Virus record (IMG/VR): IMGVR_UViG_3300044850_000102
Location: 1 to 34,503 of that record
From: a virus
Taxonomy: Duplodnaviria; Caudoviricetes
Length of the DNA: 34,503 bases
Direction: 5' to 3' (one strand)
Every line of letters starts with the position of its first letter. Within the stretch, counting starts at the first letter, position 1. Shown here piece by piece: positions 1 through 9,256 of the stretch. Made by a program: the position numbers and the translations under genes. The notes under the pieces were generated by a model, which was not told the origin of the DNA, made no database searches, and saw nothing but the letters and a program-made list of their open reading frames with translations.

Positions 1-190
1 ACTTTTCAATTCGAGCCCACAAGAAATGGCGTAGAAAAAGGCAGGCATCACCCCAATGATGCCCACCTTCTGTGCTTCGCCAGACCACATCCGTCTATCC
101 ATGACAGACAGGTCACAGCTCTCTAACGAAAATTTTTTCAACTGGATGCCAAAAGGATTTTGACATTCAGGATCGGAGCAAACTCTTACC

Positions 191-787
191 ATGCATGACT
201 TTTACTCGCAACCAATTGGGAAATGGGTTAAACAAAACAGTTCTGTATATTGCGCAAAGGCTTTGGTAGAAAAGGATTTGAGAGGTTTTATACGTCATTT
301 TTGTTTCTCATTGATGACGAGAAACAACGTCGTGATAACCCACAAGCCGATAACTCTTACGATCTCGGAGCTTGGCCAAGGAACATGGTCAACGGTTACG
401 GTTCAACGTGAATTGGCCAAAATGGCAAAAGAAGGCGAATTTAAGCGCCACGGAACCAAGCAAATCAAGTGGAACCCAACACTCGGGAATCGTGTCATCA
501 ACTATAAAGGTAATTTGGGATATGAAGGCCCAGATATCGTACTAAACGAAGCCCAGCTCAGGGTTATCGAGACGCTGAGAAATATGTTAAAGCATCAAAA
601 TTACGACACTCATGAGGATGAAATGAAAGCAGCTTTGAAAAAAATAGATAAACTCGAAGAAAAGTTAGATGCCATTGAAAAAGAATCCAAGATTCGGCAT
701 CAGGAACTTATGAATATTCTGAAAGGAAACGCCAAACCAGAGGAAATCGTCGAGAAAGTTAAGCGTCATTTGGAACTTGTAAAATGA
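191..787 (+). CDS. Hypothetical protein; possible winged-HTH (RepL-like) with C-terminal coiled coil
   Basis: 198-aa ORF with an HTH-like segment (ISELGQGTWSTVTVQRELAKM..WNP) and a heptad-rich tail (LKKIDKLEEKLDAIEKE). The family call is a weak inference. Confidence 0.55.
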   Translation: MHDFYSQPIGKWVKQNSSVYCAKALVEKDLRGFIRHFCFSLMTRNNVVITHKPITLTISELGQGTWSTVTVQRELAKMAKEGEFKRHGTKQIKWNPTLGNRVINYKGNLGYEGPDIVLNEAQLRVIETLRNMLKHQNYDTHEDEMKAALKKIDKLEEKLDAIEKESKIRHQELMNILKGNAKPEEIVEKVKRHLELVK

Positions 788-843
788 ATTCAGTAAAGGA
801 CCATCACTAGACGCAGCCTTTGCGGCGACCGTTGAGAACGATT

Positions 844-1275
844 TCAAATCCAGCCGGAAATCTTAGCGAGTTCTGTCAAGTCTTCGAGGGAACGGATCAC
901 GTAGTATTCCCCACCAGCTCGCCGAAACCTCTGAGAAAATTCTATTTGGGATTGTAGGAGCTTTCCAGTTGGGCTTTTCACCTCGATAGCAATGAACTGC
1001 CCAGAAATAACTCCAAGGATATCTGAAACGCCATTCGGTCGATACCTGTTGCACCGCTTTCTCCCTCGAATTGCAACGCTGTCATTTTGCCAAAACATGC
1101 CCGCTGTACTCGTATTCAGCCAGTCAATGATGGCATTCTGCAAAAACTTTTCCGAAATAAATTCCTGTACAACGGTTTTTTTTACGGCCATATTTTCATG
1201 CTCTAAATGAAAAAGTTCGCCATGACAGGCAATGCATAAAGTGATTGCAGTTCCCTGATTGGTATGGTCATCCAT
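844..1275 (-). CDS. VRR-NUC domain PD-(D/E)xK nuclease
   Basis: Motifs SEKFLQNAIIDWL, GVSDIL, IAIEVKSPTGKL..SQ..F and GGEYYVIRS. An alternative start exists at 1191 (MAVKK). Confidence 0.82.
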   Translation of the reverse strand: MDDHTNQGTAITLCIACHGELFHLEHENMAVKKTVVQEFISEKFLQNAIIDWLNTSTAGMFWQNDSVAIRGRKRCNRYRPNGVSDILGVISGQFIAIEVKSPTGKLLQSQIEFSQRFRRAGGEYYVIRSLEDLTELAKISGWI

Positions 1276-1697
1276 GATATTCCCGCCGTATAACTCATCC
1301 CATATAATCGCGTCTCATTTCTTCGGTGAGGCCCATAGATTCCAAAAGTAGCAAACACATTAGGGCCAGCATGTCTAAGAACCAGCCTACCCACAATAAG
1401 CATCTTAAACTCAAAAGACCGAACGCTAACCGCATCGCTTATAATCCCGAACCATATAAAATCCGGTGGCAATAAGCGAAAAAACGTGTTTTAACATTCT
1501 TCCATTCCTAAAGTATGAGGTCGGCTTATAAAATAGTTTGATACGATTGGTTCATTATCACCACATGGGATGATTGCAATGCAAGCTTATAAACATGATG
1601 TGACGTTGGACATAGATTTTCTGAAAAAGACCTTGACAGAAAGATTATTGCCAATGGTTCTATTACCGGGGACTAAAAAGCCTGTAACAATTAAGCG

Positions 1698-2069
1698 CTA
1701 ACAGACATTATCACCGATCCAAAGCACCTTGGGCTCTAGGCGTGTATCGATGTGGAAATGTTTACGGTATATCCCGACCGCAAAGCCGAGGCTTATCGCA
1801 GCACCGAGAAATTTCAGCTTCGTTGCTCCATCCCAAGTCATGTGATCAATATCGGCGGCTCTCCCGACAAGGTGTTGGCTATTTGGTGCACCGCCTACGC
1901 GAGCATTGAACTCGACAGTTCGATAGCCACTCGTAATGCGGAAGGGTTTGCCGACGATGGTTCTTAGCCTTTGGAGTTTCAGCATAAATTCCGCATCCAT
2001 TTTTGCAAAAAGTTTATCTGGGCTCCAGAATTCATAATCATAAAAGTCAGCTGTTAGTTTTTTATGCAT
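1698..2069 (-). CDS. Peptidase M15A family Zn peptidase (probable cell-wall hydrolase)
   Basis: Motifs ITSGYRT..N..VGGA.NSQH..GRAADI and HFHID. Start placed at MHKKL (2069) after a purine-rich RBS, because the longer track start lies inside a terminator. Confidence 0.85.
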   Translation of the reverse strand: MHKKLTADFYDYEFWSPDKLFAKMDAEFMLKLQRLRTIVGKPFRITSGYRTVEFNARVGGAPNSQHLVGRAADIDHMTWDGATKLKFLGAAISLGFAVGIYRKHFHIDTRLEPKVLWIGDNVC

Positions 2070-2121
2070 ATCTTTAAAACCCTTTTCTATGTTGCCCACC
2101 AGTGTCCTTAGTTTTCCTGCC

Positions 2122-2160
2122 AATAAAAAAGGGCGCGGCAAAGATTATTGCTGCGCCCTT
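2122..2160 (-). terminator. Rho-independent terminator
   Basis: Minus strand AAGGGCGCAGCAA-taatct-TTGCCGCGCCCTT (one mismatch) running into TTTTTTATT. Confidence 0.75.
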
Positions 2161-2211
2161 GCGTGCTGCCGAACCTTGTTTGGAGGTACTTTAAAAAAAG
2201 CGTTGGATGTT

Positions 2212-2403
2212 CTATTTCCAATGTACCTTGATCGGATCCGAAATTCCCTCAAAAAAGCTTATCTGCCTCTCGGAAAAATGTATTTTTAATATTGAACATA
2301 TTAACGCTGGGCCTAAAAAGAAATGGAAGCTGATATCACCTGCAACAACGCGGTCAAATTTCATATTTAATGATCGAAGCATGTCCGTTCTTTCAGCTCT
2401 CAT
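2212..2403 (-). CDS. Small hypothetical protein (63 aa)
   Basis: ATG preceded by a G-rich RBS-like run; lies between the lysozyme and the terminator. No motif recognised. Confidence 0.35.
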   Translation of the reverse strand: MRAERTDMLRSLNMKFDRVVAGDISFHFFLGPALICSILKIHFSERQISFFEGISDPIKVHWK

Positions 2404-2477
2404 ATTCGAAACCCCCCAATTAGAAAAAATTCACAAACAATAGAACCTAATGAAAACTCTCGTGATTTCCATATTTT

Positions 2478-3049
2478 TTAGAAATATACCAATTGACCTT
2501 CCATAAACATGGATGACTCTACTTTGCGCCTATGGGCAAGCCCACGGCTCATTATCTTTATTTTTCGCCTTGGATCTGTAACATAAACCCAAGTATTGAA
2601 TTCCTTTGCAACGGCATTTTCGTCGGCACCCATGTTGTACTTTTTCATTAGTGTCGATGAAAACGCTGCGCCATGCCCAACGTTATAAGTCCAGCTTGCA
2701 ATTGCATCAAACTGATGCTGCTTAGTGTTTTCCCTTAATATTATTGTATTCAACCATTTTTCAAGCTGAGCTATATCTCTTCTGAACATTTGTTCAGCCT
2801 TTACCAGCGTGATCGTATAAGGGTAATCTACAGGCGACCTAGAGCCGTAGCCTATAGACCAGACATTGATATCCCGATAGGAGGTTAGTCGCAGTTTTTC
2901 GAACCATTTGATAAGGTTCTGTCCATCGATGGAAACCCTGAGATATTTCGCCCTTTTTACAGGCGTGGGACTTCCCGGTACTTTCCTATTTATAGAAAGC
3001 GCGACGTCTGATTCGAAAAAGAATAAAAAAAAACGAGTACCCTAATCAT
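2478..3049 (-). CDS. GH24 phage lysozyme (endolysin) with hydrophobic N-terminus; frame broken at a T9 tract (3025-3033)
   Basis: The frame extends upstream of the track ORF with LIKWFEKLRLTSYRDINVWSIGYG, followed by QFDAIASWTYNVG, SSTLMKK and GLAHRRKVE. The only upstream ATG with an RBS (AAGGA, ATG at 3049) needs one extra T to join this frame, giving 190 aa. Confidence 0.85.
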
Positions 3050-3218
3050 TTTCCTTGTCCTCATTGTGTTTATCTTGCCTAGGCTTTTTAGAATTCCTAC
3101 GCATAGAATCACGAAACCTATGCTGAAGAGCACGGCCAGTCTCAGTTTCATCGAGAAACCACTCGCCAATTGCTAGAAATATTATGACGAAAGATAGACA
3201 CACTATTAATTCGATCAT
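3042..3218 (-). CDS. Small single-TM membrane protein (58 aa); holin or lysis-accessory candidate
   Basis: Not in the track. Sequence MIELIVCLSFVIIFLAIGEWFLDE...DKEND with a strong RBS (GGAGGAAGG) and a charged C-tail; its stop overlaps the lysozyme start region. Confidence 0.6.
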   Translation of the reverse strand: MIELIVCLSFVIIFLAIGEWFLDETETGRALQHRFRDSMRRNSKKPRQDKHNEDKEND

Positions 3219-3370
3219 ATTCCCTTCCTCCGTTGGTTAGAGAATCGAATAGGTTTTTTGGGGGTTATAAAAAAAGATTGGTCTATTTCAGAATATAACA
3301 AATAGAATATGCCGTGCAATAGTGCGTTGGCAGCTAATGAAATTGATTAAGGAATACCTAGATATTTTGG

Positions 3371-3402
3371 AAAAATAAAAAAGAGCCGCCCGATGGCGAC
3401 CC
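3371..3402 (-). terminator. Rho-independent terminator ending the structural operon
   Basis: Minus strand GGGTCGCC-atcg-GGCGGCTC (8 bp, two G-U pairs) followed by TTTTTTATTTTT. Confidence 0.65.
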
Positions 3403-3418
3403 ATGGTTTGATTTAGGC

Positions 3419-3583
3419 TTACGCCTTTCCCTCTAATGCTGCAAGGCGTGCCTCTAAAGCGTCGTTTTTGGCCTTTAGTTCCTGGACTGCCTTGACCAAA
3501 ACTGGCGTGAGCCTTGCGTAGTCGATACCCCAAGGGTTTTCCAGGTTGCCGTCTTCAGTAAGGTCATCAGAGCCGACGGCGTC
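3419..3583 (-). pseudogene. Orphan 3' remnant of a tail fibre/tailspike peptidase-S74 chaperone domain
   Basis: Startless frame DAVGSDDLTEDGNLENPWGIDYARLTPVLVKAVQELKAKNDALEARLAALEGKA*, resembling the S74 C-terminal DY..L...LV.A.QEL coiled coil. Confidence 0.75.
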
Positions 3584-3798
3584 CCAGTATCGAGGTTCTG
3601 TTTCATATCCCGGTGTTCAGCATCCATATGGTCGCTGAGAAGGTCAGTTCGCTTGATGTGTTTCTCAAGCTCTTCAGCATTTTTTTCGTGTAGTACCCCG
3701 TGGCGTTCAAGGACGGCTGAGTGCTCACTTAATTTATCCAGTATTTTATCCAGTTTTTGATCTATGCGGTTTTCATTTATGAAAAGTTCTTCATTCAT
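3475..3798 (-). CDS. Coiled-coil protein, probably truncated and fused at about 3585
   Basis: RBS GGAGG and a heptad pattern up to NLDT. The remaining codons are an out-of-frame read of the S74 remnant. Confidence 0.6.
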   Translation of the reverse strand: MNEELFINENRIDQKLDKILDKLSEHSAVLERHGVLHEKNAEELEKHIKRTDLLSDHMDAEHRDMKQNLDTGTPSALMTLLKTATWKTLGVSTTQGSRQFWSRQSRN

Positions 3799-3834
3799 CG
3801 TTTCGCCACCTCCCAGCGGCGCGCGTTGGGGGGG

Positions 3835-6800
3835 TCAGGCCCAGCTTGGTTTGCTGTCTAGTTCTACGTCGCCTGATACACCATAAAAGGCGGTAGTAGC
3901 GGACGCATGGTTAACCGTTATCGTCGCCGCATTTAAATTTGCATAAGCAGCACATGCACCATTTGCGGCATCATTGAAAGCAGCGCAGGCTTGGTAATAG
4001 CTAGTTCGGTTTTTAAATGTTACGCCTGTAATTGTTAGTGTAGTTCCGGTTCTAGCTCCGGAGGCGACTATTCCAGAGATGTTAAACTTAAGCCTGTGGT
4101 TCCCATCTTGGTCTTGGTAGTAAACACCTACAGCATTATAGGACGAAAAAGCTACGCTACTAGATACTGTTAGCGAATACTGCCCTTTTCGAGGCTGCAC
4201 AAGCCCACTAGCCGTACTAGACGCCAACCCAAAGCCGACTGGAGAGGATGGATTGGCTTTGCGTACACGCCAGTAGTAAGACGTTGACCACGCAGATGCT
4301 GGGGCGTCGTCGTTGGCGATGTTCAGGTAGCGACAAAATCTAACAACGGATGTTGTAGAAGACCCGCCCGCTGCTAGAGTAACCCCTGCACTGGCATTAT
4401 CAGACCCAGTCGAATCGAGTGTATAAGGGGCGATAGTTGCAGCATCGACCCATGTTACGCGGTCATAAGATAGCTCAATTTTAATTTGGTCGGTTGCTTG
4501 TATCGGGTATTGCCACGTTACAGTTTTATTTCTAGCTGCAGTCAGCGCACCCGACATTTGAACCCCGGCTGGGCCATACGCTGTAGTAGAGCCCGCCGCG
4601 TCCCAAGTATCCGTTGTGTAAGCGTACTCCACCTGCGCACCAGCACCCAAATTCACCGTGCCGTTGCCAGCCCATTCGGAGATGGGGAATTTCAGTTGCA
4701 GGGCTACGTTATCGCCGGACGCAAAAGAAAACGGTGCAGTTGTTGTCACTGCTGTGTTCGTACCGTAAACGAGAACGAAAGTATCAACGTACCAGTTTAT
4801 ATTCCCCTGGTAGTTTGTGTTCACGCCGGTATCTAGTGCAGCCCATGTTCCCATTGGTAAAACTGTGTCGGTGGTGTTTGGTAGTGCTGAAGTGTTTAGA
4901 GTCAAACCTAAGCCGTTCAAGAGCTGTGTACTTGAAAATGTGGCTGTCCCGCCCGCACCACTTGTAAAGGCTATATCTATTTTAAGCTCAATCTCTGAGC
5001 CAACCCGCCTGTATCTGCCTGTGTAGGTACCGTTGGTAAAGTTCCCAGTAGGCGTATAACTCCCCCACTCACTCACCGCCGCGCCTTGTGTGGTGGTGCC
5101 TGGACCTACGATGAAACTGTCAAAGTAGAGGTTGACAGCTGTAGCCGTAGTTACTGCCCAGTGGAATATCAGGCGGTAGCTTGTGCTTGTCGTCGAGTCA
5201 AATGTGATGTTCCACGTAGAGGCACCAACTTTAGGCAAGCTTGTCGTGCTAGGAGTGATGAGTGTGGCGTTGGTTACATCATAGACGTAAACCACAACAT
5301 CGCCAGCCGTATAGTTGGAGTCGTTGGTAGTCAGGTCAAAGCTGATAGAGAGCTTCTTAGACTTGTCAGGCGTCTTGATTGTGAAGTCGTAGCTGAAGCC
5401 TTCACCCTGACTGTTGGCAGCACTCTTAGCTACTTTAAAGTCGTAAGAGCCCCGCATTGGGCTTGAGCTGTTTGCGCTTAGTGTAAGTGTGGTAGGAGAA
5501 CCGCCAGTACCGTCAGCAGGAGTAGCAGCTGCAGCGTCCTTATAAGTGGCCCAGCCGGTTGTAGCACCAGTCTCAAAGTCTGGGTTGCTAATGTAGTTGA
5601 TGAGGGATGTTCCACCAGCACCTAATTCTGACTCAGTCCCGTTACTATCCTTTTTGTAAATCTTCTTGTCAGACTTAGCATAGATTCTAACTGTGCCAGC
5701 GCCTGCAGTGCCAGGAGTAGACTCTTCGTTTAATATCAGATAGTCGTCAACGGTTGGAGTGACTAGTGTTGGGCTTGTGCCGAATACGTTTGCTCCTGTG
5801 CCCGTCTCATCGGTGAGTGCTGCTGCAAGGTTAGCACTTGAAGGAGTGGCTAGGAATGTCGCAACACCGCTCCCAAGGCCCGATACGCCCGTGGAGATAG
5901 GCAATCCTGTGGCGTTTGTTAAGTTTCCATACAAGGAATTTATCGTAAGATTCCCAGACGAGTCCCAAGAGTATAATGATGACCCAGCTACTCTCGCGTA
6001 ATATAAAACGCAAGTCATTGCCGAGTTCCTGGTTCTCGTTATTTTAATGTCGTAGGTGCCTGTATCAGAGTTCACTGCGTGGTTTGTTAAATCAGTCGCA
6101 TCCCACGCCACAACACCATTATTTCTAAAGCCGTTAGTTCCATCGATTGGAGAGAATGCCGTAAACTGACCCGAACCTGCAATGCTATAGCCGAAAGTTG
6201 GTTGAATACCTTGGTTTGATACTACGGTCTGTAGTAAAAACTCAATTTCCGTGAACGGAGATGATGCACCAATGATAATGTAATCATTATCTGCAATAAA
6301 TATAGCAGTTGTTGTGCCTGTATTCCCGTCAATCATAGCCGGAACGTCTGTCGAAGCGGTGTTATTTGTTCCCGTTGTGGGGTTCGCAAACGATCCGGAT
6401 TCCTGGATTATCGGACCTACTCGAACGCCAGCTTTCAAACCGTAGACAGAAGCACTGCCTTCTGTGCTGAGAACCTCAACCGCATGAACAGAACCGCCTG
6501 TGGAAGACGTTTCATCGACGCTCACCAAAATGACGGATTCATCCGCACCTGGAGCGATGGCGCCCGTAGTATAGACTATGTCCAGCGCCTTCGTATCACC
6601 GTACCCAGCGGCGTTAACAACCAACTCAAACGCGTACGTATCATTTTCTGTTGCTGTGTGCGTTAATATTACCTCACCGATCAGTGTCGGGCTAGTAAGT
6701 GTTTTATTTGTTAGGGTTTGGCTTTCTGTGACACCTACTATCGTTCCAACACCGTGGGTACTAGTATCTGATTCATGGTCAGTGAGTTCCGTTTTTGTCG

Positions 6801-7329
6801 CAAAATTACCGCTTGCTATCCACTCCAAATCCACCGTGTCGTATTTCAAAGCCAGAATCTGAGAAGGCCCTAAAATAAAATCAGATCCCCGCCCTGTGAT
6901 AATGCGGTATCCAACCGTCGCACTAGGGTCATCATTTTTTATTGTGATCGACGATCCCTGGCCGTTAACGAGATAAATCACTTTTTGAAGGCTCGGCACT
7001 ATTCCGCTGATCGAAGCAAGAGAACCTTGTGAAAACTTGATGACCTGAGCCGAAGCTGTAGGCGTCACGGTTTGAAGTGACCCAGTGGTTGTCGTATCGT
7101 CCTGGGTTTCAAAGCTCGTCTTATCGTTCTGCCAGGCCGTCCCATTATATTCACGCACAAGATTGTTGGTCGTATTCCAGTAAAGGCTGCCTGCTTGTGG
7201 CGTAAACACCGCCTCGAAAGCAGCATCATTGGCGTATGATTCTAGTGAGTTTGACGTGAACGCATTTGCATCAGGATTTGTTACGTTCGCACCAGCGATG
7301 TTACTTAGATTCCTAGTTATCGTTGACAT
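3835..7329 (-). CDS. Tail fibre / receptor-binding virion protein (1164 aa)
   Basis: Thr/Ser/Gly/Ala-rich and beta-prone; last large tail gene. Contains fibre-type motifs TLTNKTLTSPT, FLATPSSANLAAALTDETG and WGSYTPT..TGRYRRVG. Confidence 0.75.
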   Translation of the reverse strand: MSTITRNLSNIAGANVTNPDANAFTSNSLESYANDAAFEAVFTPQAGSLYWNTTNNLVREYNGTAWQNDKTSFETQDDTTTTGSLQTVTPTASAQVIKFSQGSLASISGIVPSLQKVIYLVNGQGSSITIKNDDPSATVGYRIITGRGSDFILGPSQILALKYDTVDLEWIASGNFATKTELTDHESDTSTHGVGTIVGVTESQTLTNKTLTSPTLIGEVILTHTATENDTYAFELVVNAAGYGDTKALDIVYTTGAIAPGADESVILVSVDETSSTGGSVHAVEVLSTEGSASVYGLKAGVRVGPIIQESGSFANPTTGTNNTASTDVPAMIDGNTGTTTAIFIADNDYIIIGASSPFTEIEFLLQTVVSNQGIQPTFGYSIAGSGQFTAFSPIDGTNGFRNNGVVAWDATDLTNHAVNSDTGTYDIKITRTRNSAMTCVLYYARVAGSSLYSWDSSGNLTINSLYGNLTNATGLPISTGVSGLGSGVATFLATPSSANLAAALTDETGTGANVFGTSPTLVTPTVDDYLILNEESTPGTAGAGTVRIYAKSDKKIYKKDSNGTESELGAGGTSLINYISNPDFETGATTGWATYKDAAAATPADGTGGSPTTLTLSANSSSPMRGSYDFKVAKSAANSQGEGFSYDFTIKTPDKSKKLSISFDLTTNDSNYTAGDVVVYVYDVTNATLITPSTTSLPKVGASTWNITFDSTTSTSYRLIFHWAVTTATAVNLYFDSFIVGPGTTTQGAAVSEWGSYTPTGNFTNGTYTGRYRRVGSEIELKIDIAFTSGAGGTATFSSTQLLNGLGLTLNTSALPNTTDTVLPMGTWAALDTGVNTNYQGNINWYVDTFVLVYGTNTAVTTTAPFSFASGDNVALQLKFPISEWAGNGTVNLGAGAQVEYAYTTDTWDAAGSTTAYGPAGVQMSGALTAARNKTVTWQYPIQATDQIKIELSYDRVTWVDAATIAPYTLDSTGSDNASAGVTLAAGGSSTTSVVRFCRYLNIANDDAPASAWSTSYYWRVRKANPSSPVGFGLASSTASGLVQPRKGQYSLTVSSSVAFSSYNAVGVYYQDQDGNHRLKFNISGIVASGARTGTTLTITGVTFKNRTSYYQACAAFNDAANGACAAYANLNAATITVNHASATTAFYGVSGDVELDSKPSWA

Positions 7330-9256
7330 AAAGATACCTTCCCTGGATCGCGCGCCCTTGAGGCAGCTGTTCTATAGCTGTAATGATAATTTTTTTCTGA
7401 AACTGAGGATGATCAAGCTCGACCATATCGGCAAGTTCAAGCACCACTTCATCATCCATTAACGTGAATTTTATGGGTGTGATTGGGCTCCCGTAAAAGT
7501 CAGATATTTCATTAAATCGGTCGGTCGTGATCTCTTCGAGAACATGGGAAATCGATAGGGTTCTTTCACTAGCCCATATTTCTGCACGTGGAGATGGGAC
7601 ATTGACCGTCAAATTTGCTAGCGCATCGTCTGAACGGAAATATTGCGGTGAAAATATCACGTTTTTCGTTTGGTCTCGGTATTCACTTCCCCATGATAGG
7701 CCCGTGATCTGAGCTTCCGTCAATGTCTGGCTTGCCGATGCTGTGGGATTAATTCGGACAAGGTACGGCTGATCATTGGAAGCGGGGAAGACCACAATCG
7801 TGAGTAGAGTTCGGTTGATTTCTGAAATGAATGTACCAAGTGTCGGTAAGTTTGTTCCAAAGCCAATTTGCATGCAAACCCGATCCGGGTAAAGCGTATT
7901 CAAAGCCGTAAAGCTTGTGTCGGAAACTGTGTACCCATGCTGCTCAAGCGCCCATTGCATAACCTTGGGTCCTGAGCGGGCTCCTGAAATGTTATTGAGA
8001 ACTACATAAAGATCGGCCGTTGTCAGATCGAGTCCTATTACTCCGGAAATCGTAAGAAAACGGTGCCCAGCTGGCGTGAGGGTGCTCGAAAGCACAGCTG
8101 GAGTAACCCATGTCCAACTAGGTAGTTCGGTTGAAAAAAAATGCCGATAGCGATCACAGTCGAGAAGGGTATTAAAGTTTCCCCCTCCGGGCGGGTCATC
8201 ATATCCAAGGAAAAAATAAGACCGTGTAGCGGTTCGTCCGTAAATACGCCCGGCAACGGTAAGGGCTGCTCCGCCAGTCCGATCCAATACGCAGTTTTCG
8301 CCGAGAATCATGCTATTAAAAGTAACTGCATTACTTGCTTGTTCAAACCTTCCAAAAATATGAGCGCCACCCGTTATAGCTTCATTAATTGCGGAAGTAG
8401 CTGGCAATGTTTGATAGAAAGGCATCCGCCCAAGGATTCCTGTGCTGGTTCCGGTGGGGATAACTTTTATGATGAAGCTATTTGTATTAGGGCTTCGGCT
8501 CATGCCTTTTGTCGTTGGCGGGAGTAGGAAAAACCCACTAGGTGTTCCAAGATCAATTTCCTGGACGTCCCCCAGTTCATAGGGCGTTGTGGACCCGAAA
8601 AGCATCGGGATGGCTGCGTTTTCGAATTCTTTAGGGATATTTGCGCCAGTATAATAGGCATTCGATGAGCTTCGATCGACCCGATTGAGATAGTCGGGAT
8701 CCCCCCAAGTGCATTCGGAATCAAGGATTGTTTGCCTTTTCTGGATGGTCACGGTCAAAGTGAAGTTCGAAACCGCTGAGCGGGTCGTTATACCTTTGAA
8801 CTTTATGACGTCATCAAGATATATGCGTACCGTCCGATTGGAAAAGACCAGGATATTTTGGATTAGCGGTAGCCAGTCATCATCAATGCGGATACCAAAA
8901 GAACCGATAGTGATTTCGGTGAGCCCAGTTTCAAAGCTTCGTATCGAAGTCGAATAACTGATGAAGGACGTTAGGCGGTTTTCCCAGAATACGAGAGGCG
9001 ATGCCGGGTTTGTTGGGTCGCTCGGAAGGTATTGGCTCGGTGCATTGAATATCAGATATAGGTTAAATTCAACTAAGACAACGCCCGAACTATATAAAGG
9101 GATATCGAGTAAAGCGGTTTCCTCATCATAGGTGAACGCGGTATCAATCCCGTTAACATATACCACTGTGACTTCCCAAGGCCATTGGGCCTCAGTCCCC
9201 GAAATGATCGAAGTGATATCTGCAAGAGGGCTAAGAGTGACTTTTTGCACCTGCAT
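7313..9256 (-). CDS. Tail tip/hub structural protein (647 aa)
   Basis: Position after the tape measure gene; IPMLFG and C-terminal LELADMVELD motifs resemble tail-tip proteins. Function inferred. Confidence 0.6.
   Translation of the reverse strand: MQVQKVTLSPLADITSIISGTEAQWPWEVTVVYVNGIDTAFTYDEETALLDIPLYSSGVVLVEFNLYLIFNAPSQYLPSDPTNPASPLVFWENRLTSFISYSTSIRSFETGLTEITIGSFGIRIDDDWLPLIQNILVFSNRTVRIYLDDVIKFKGITTRSAVSNFTLTVTIQKRQTILDSECTWGDPDYLNRVDRSSSNAYYTGANIPKEFENAAIPMLFGSTTPYELGDVQEIDLGTPSGFFLLPPTTKGMSRSPNTNSFIIKVIPTGTSTGILGRMPFYQTLPATSAINEAITGGAHIFGRFEQASNAVTFNSMILGENCVLDRTGGAALTVAGRIYGRTATRSYFFLGYDDPPGGGNFNTLLDCDRYRHFFSTELPSWTWVTPAVLSSTLTPAGHRFLTISGVIGLDLTTADLYVVLNNISGARSGPKVMQWALEQHGYTVSDTSFTALNTLYPDRVCMQIGFGTNLPTLGTFISEINRTLLTIVVFPASNDQPYLVRINPTASASQTLTEAQITGLSWGSEYRDQTKNVIFSPQYFRSDDALANLTVNVPSPRAEIWASERTLSISHVLEEITTDRFNEISDFYGSPITPIKFTLMDDEVVLELADMVELDHPQFQKKIIITAIEQLPQGRAIQGRYLYVNDN

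Noticed and set aside
38-69. Hairpin AAGGCAGGCATCA/TGATGCCCACCTT near the window start
   Set aside because: Imperfect, no clear U-tract, and the upstream context is missing.
1295-1435. 46-aa hydrophobic minus-strand ORF (MRLAFGLL...) and the overlapping 89-aa track ORF
   Set aside because: No clear RBS or motif and competing frames; cannot tell which, if any, is real.
2070-2141. Longer start for the M15 peptidase
   Set aside because: The TTG lies inside a terminator hairpin, and ATG 2069 has an RBS.
3835-4300. Diversity-generating retroelement target at the tail fibre C-terminus
   Set aside because: No reverse transcriptase and no template repeat were noticed in the window.
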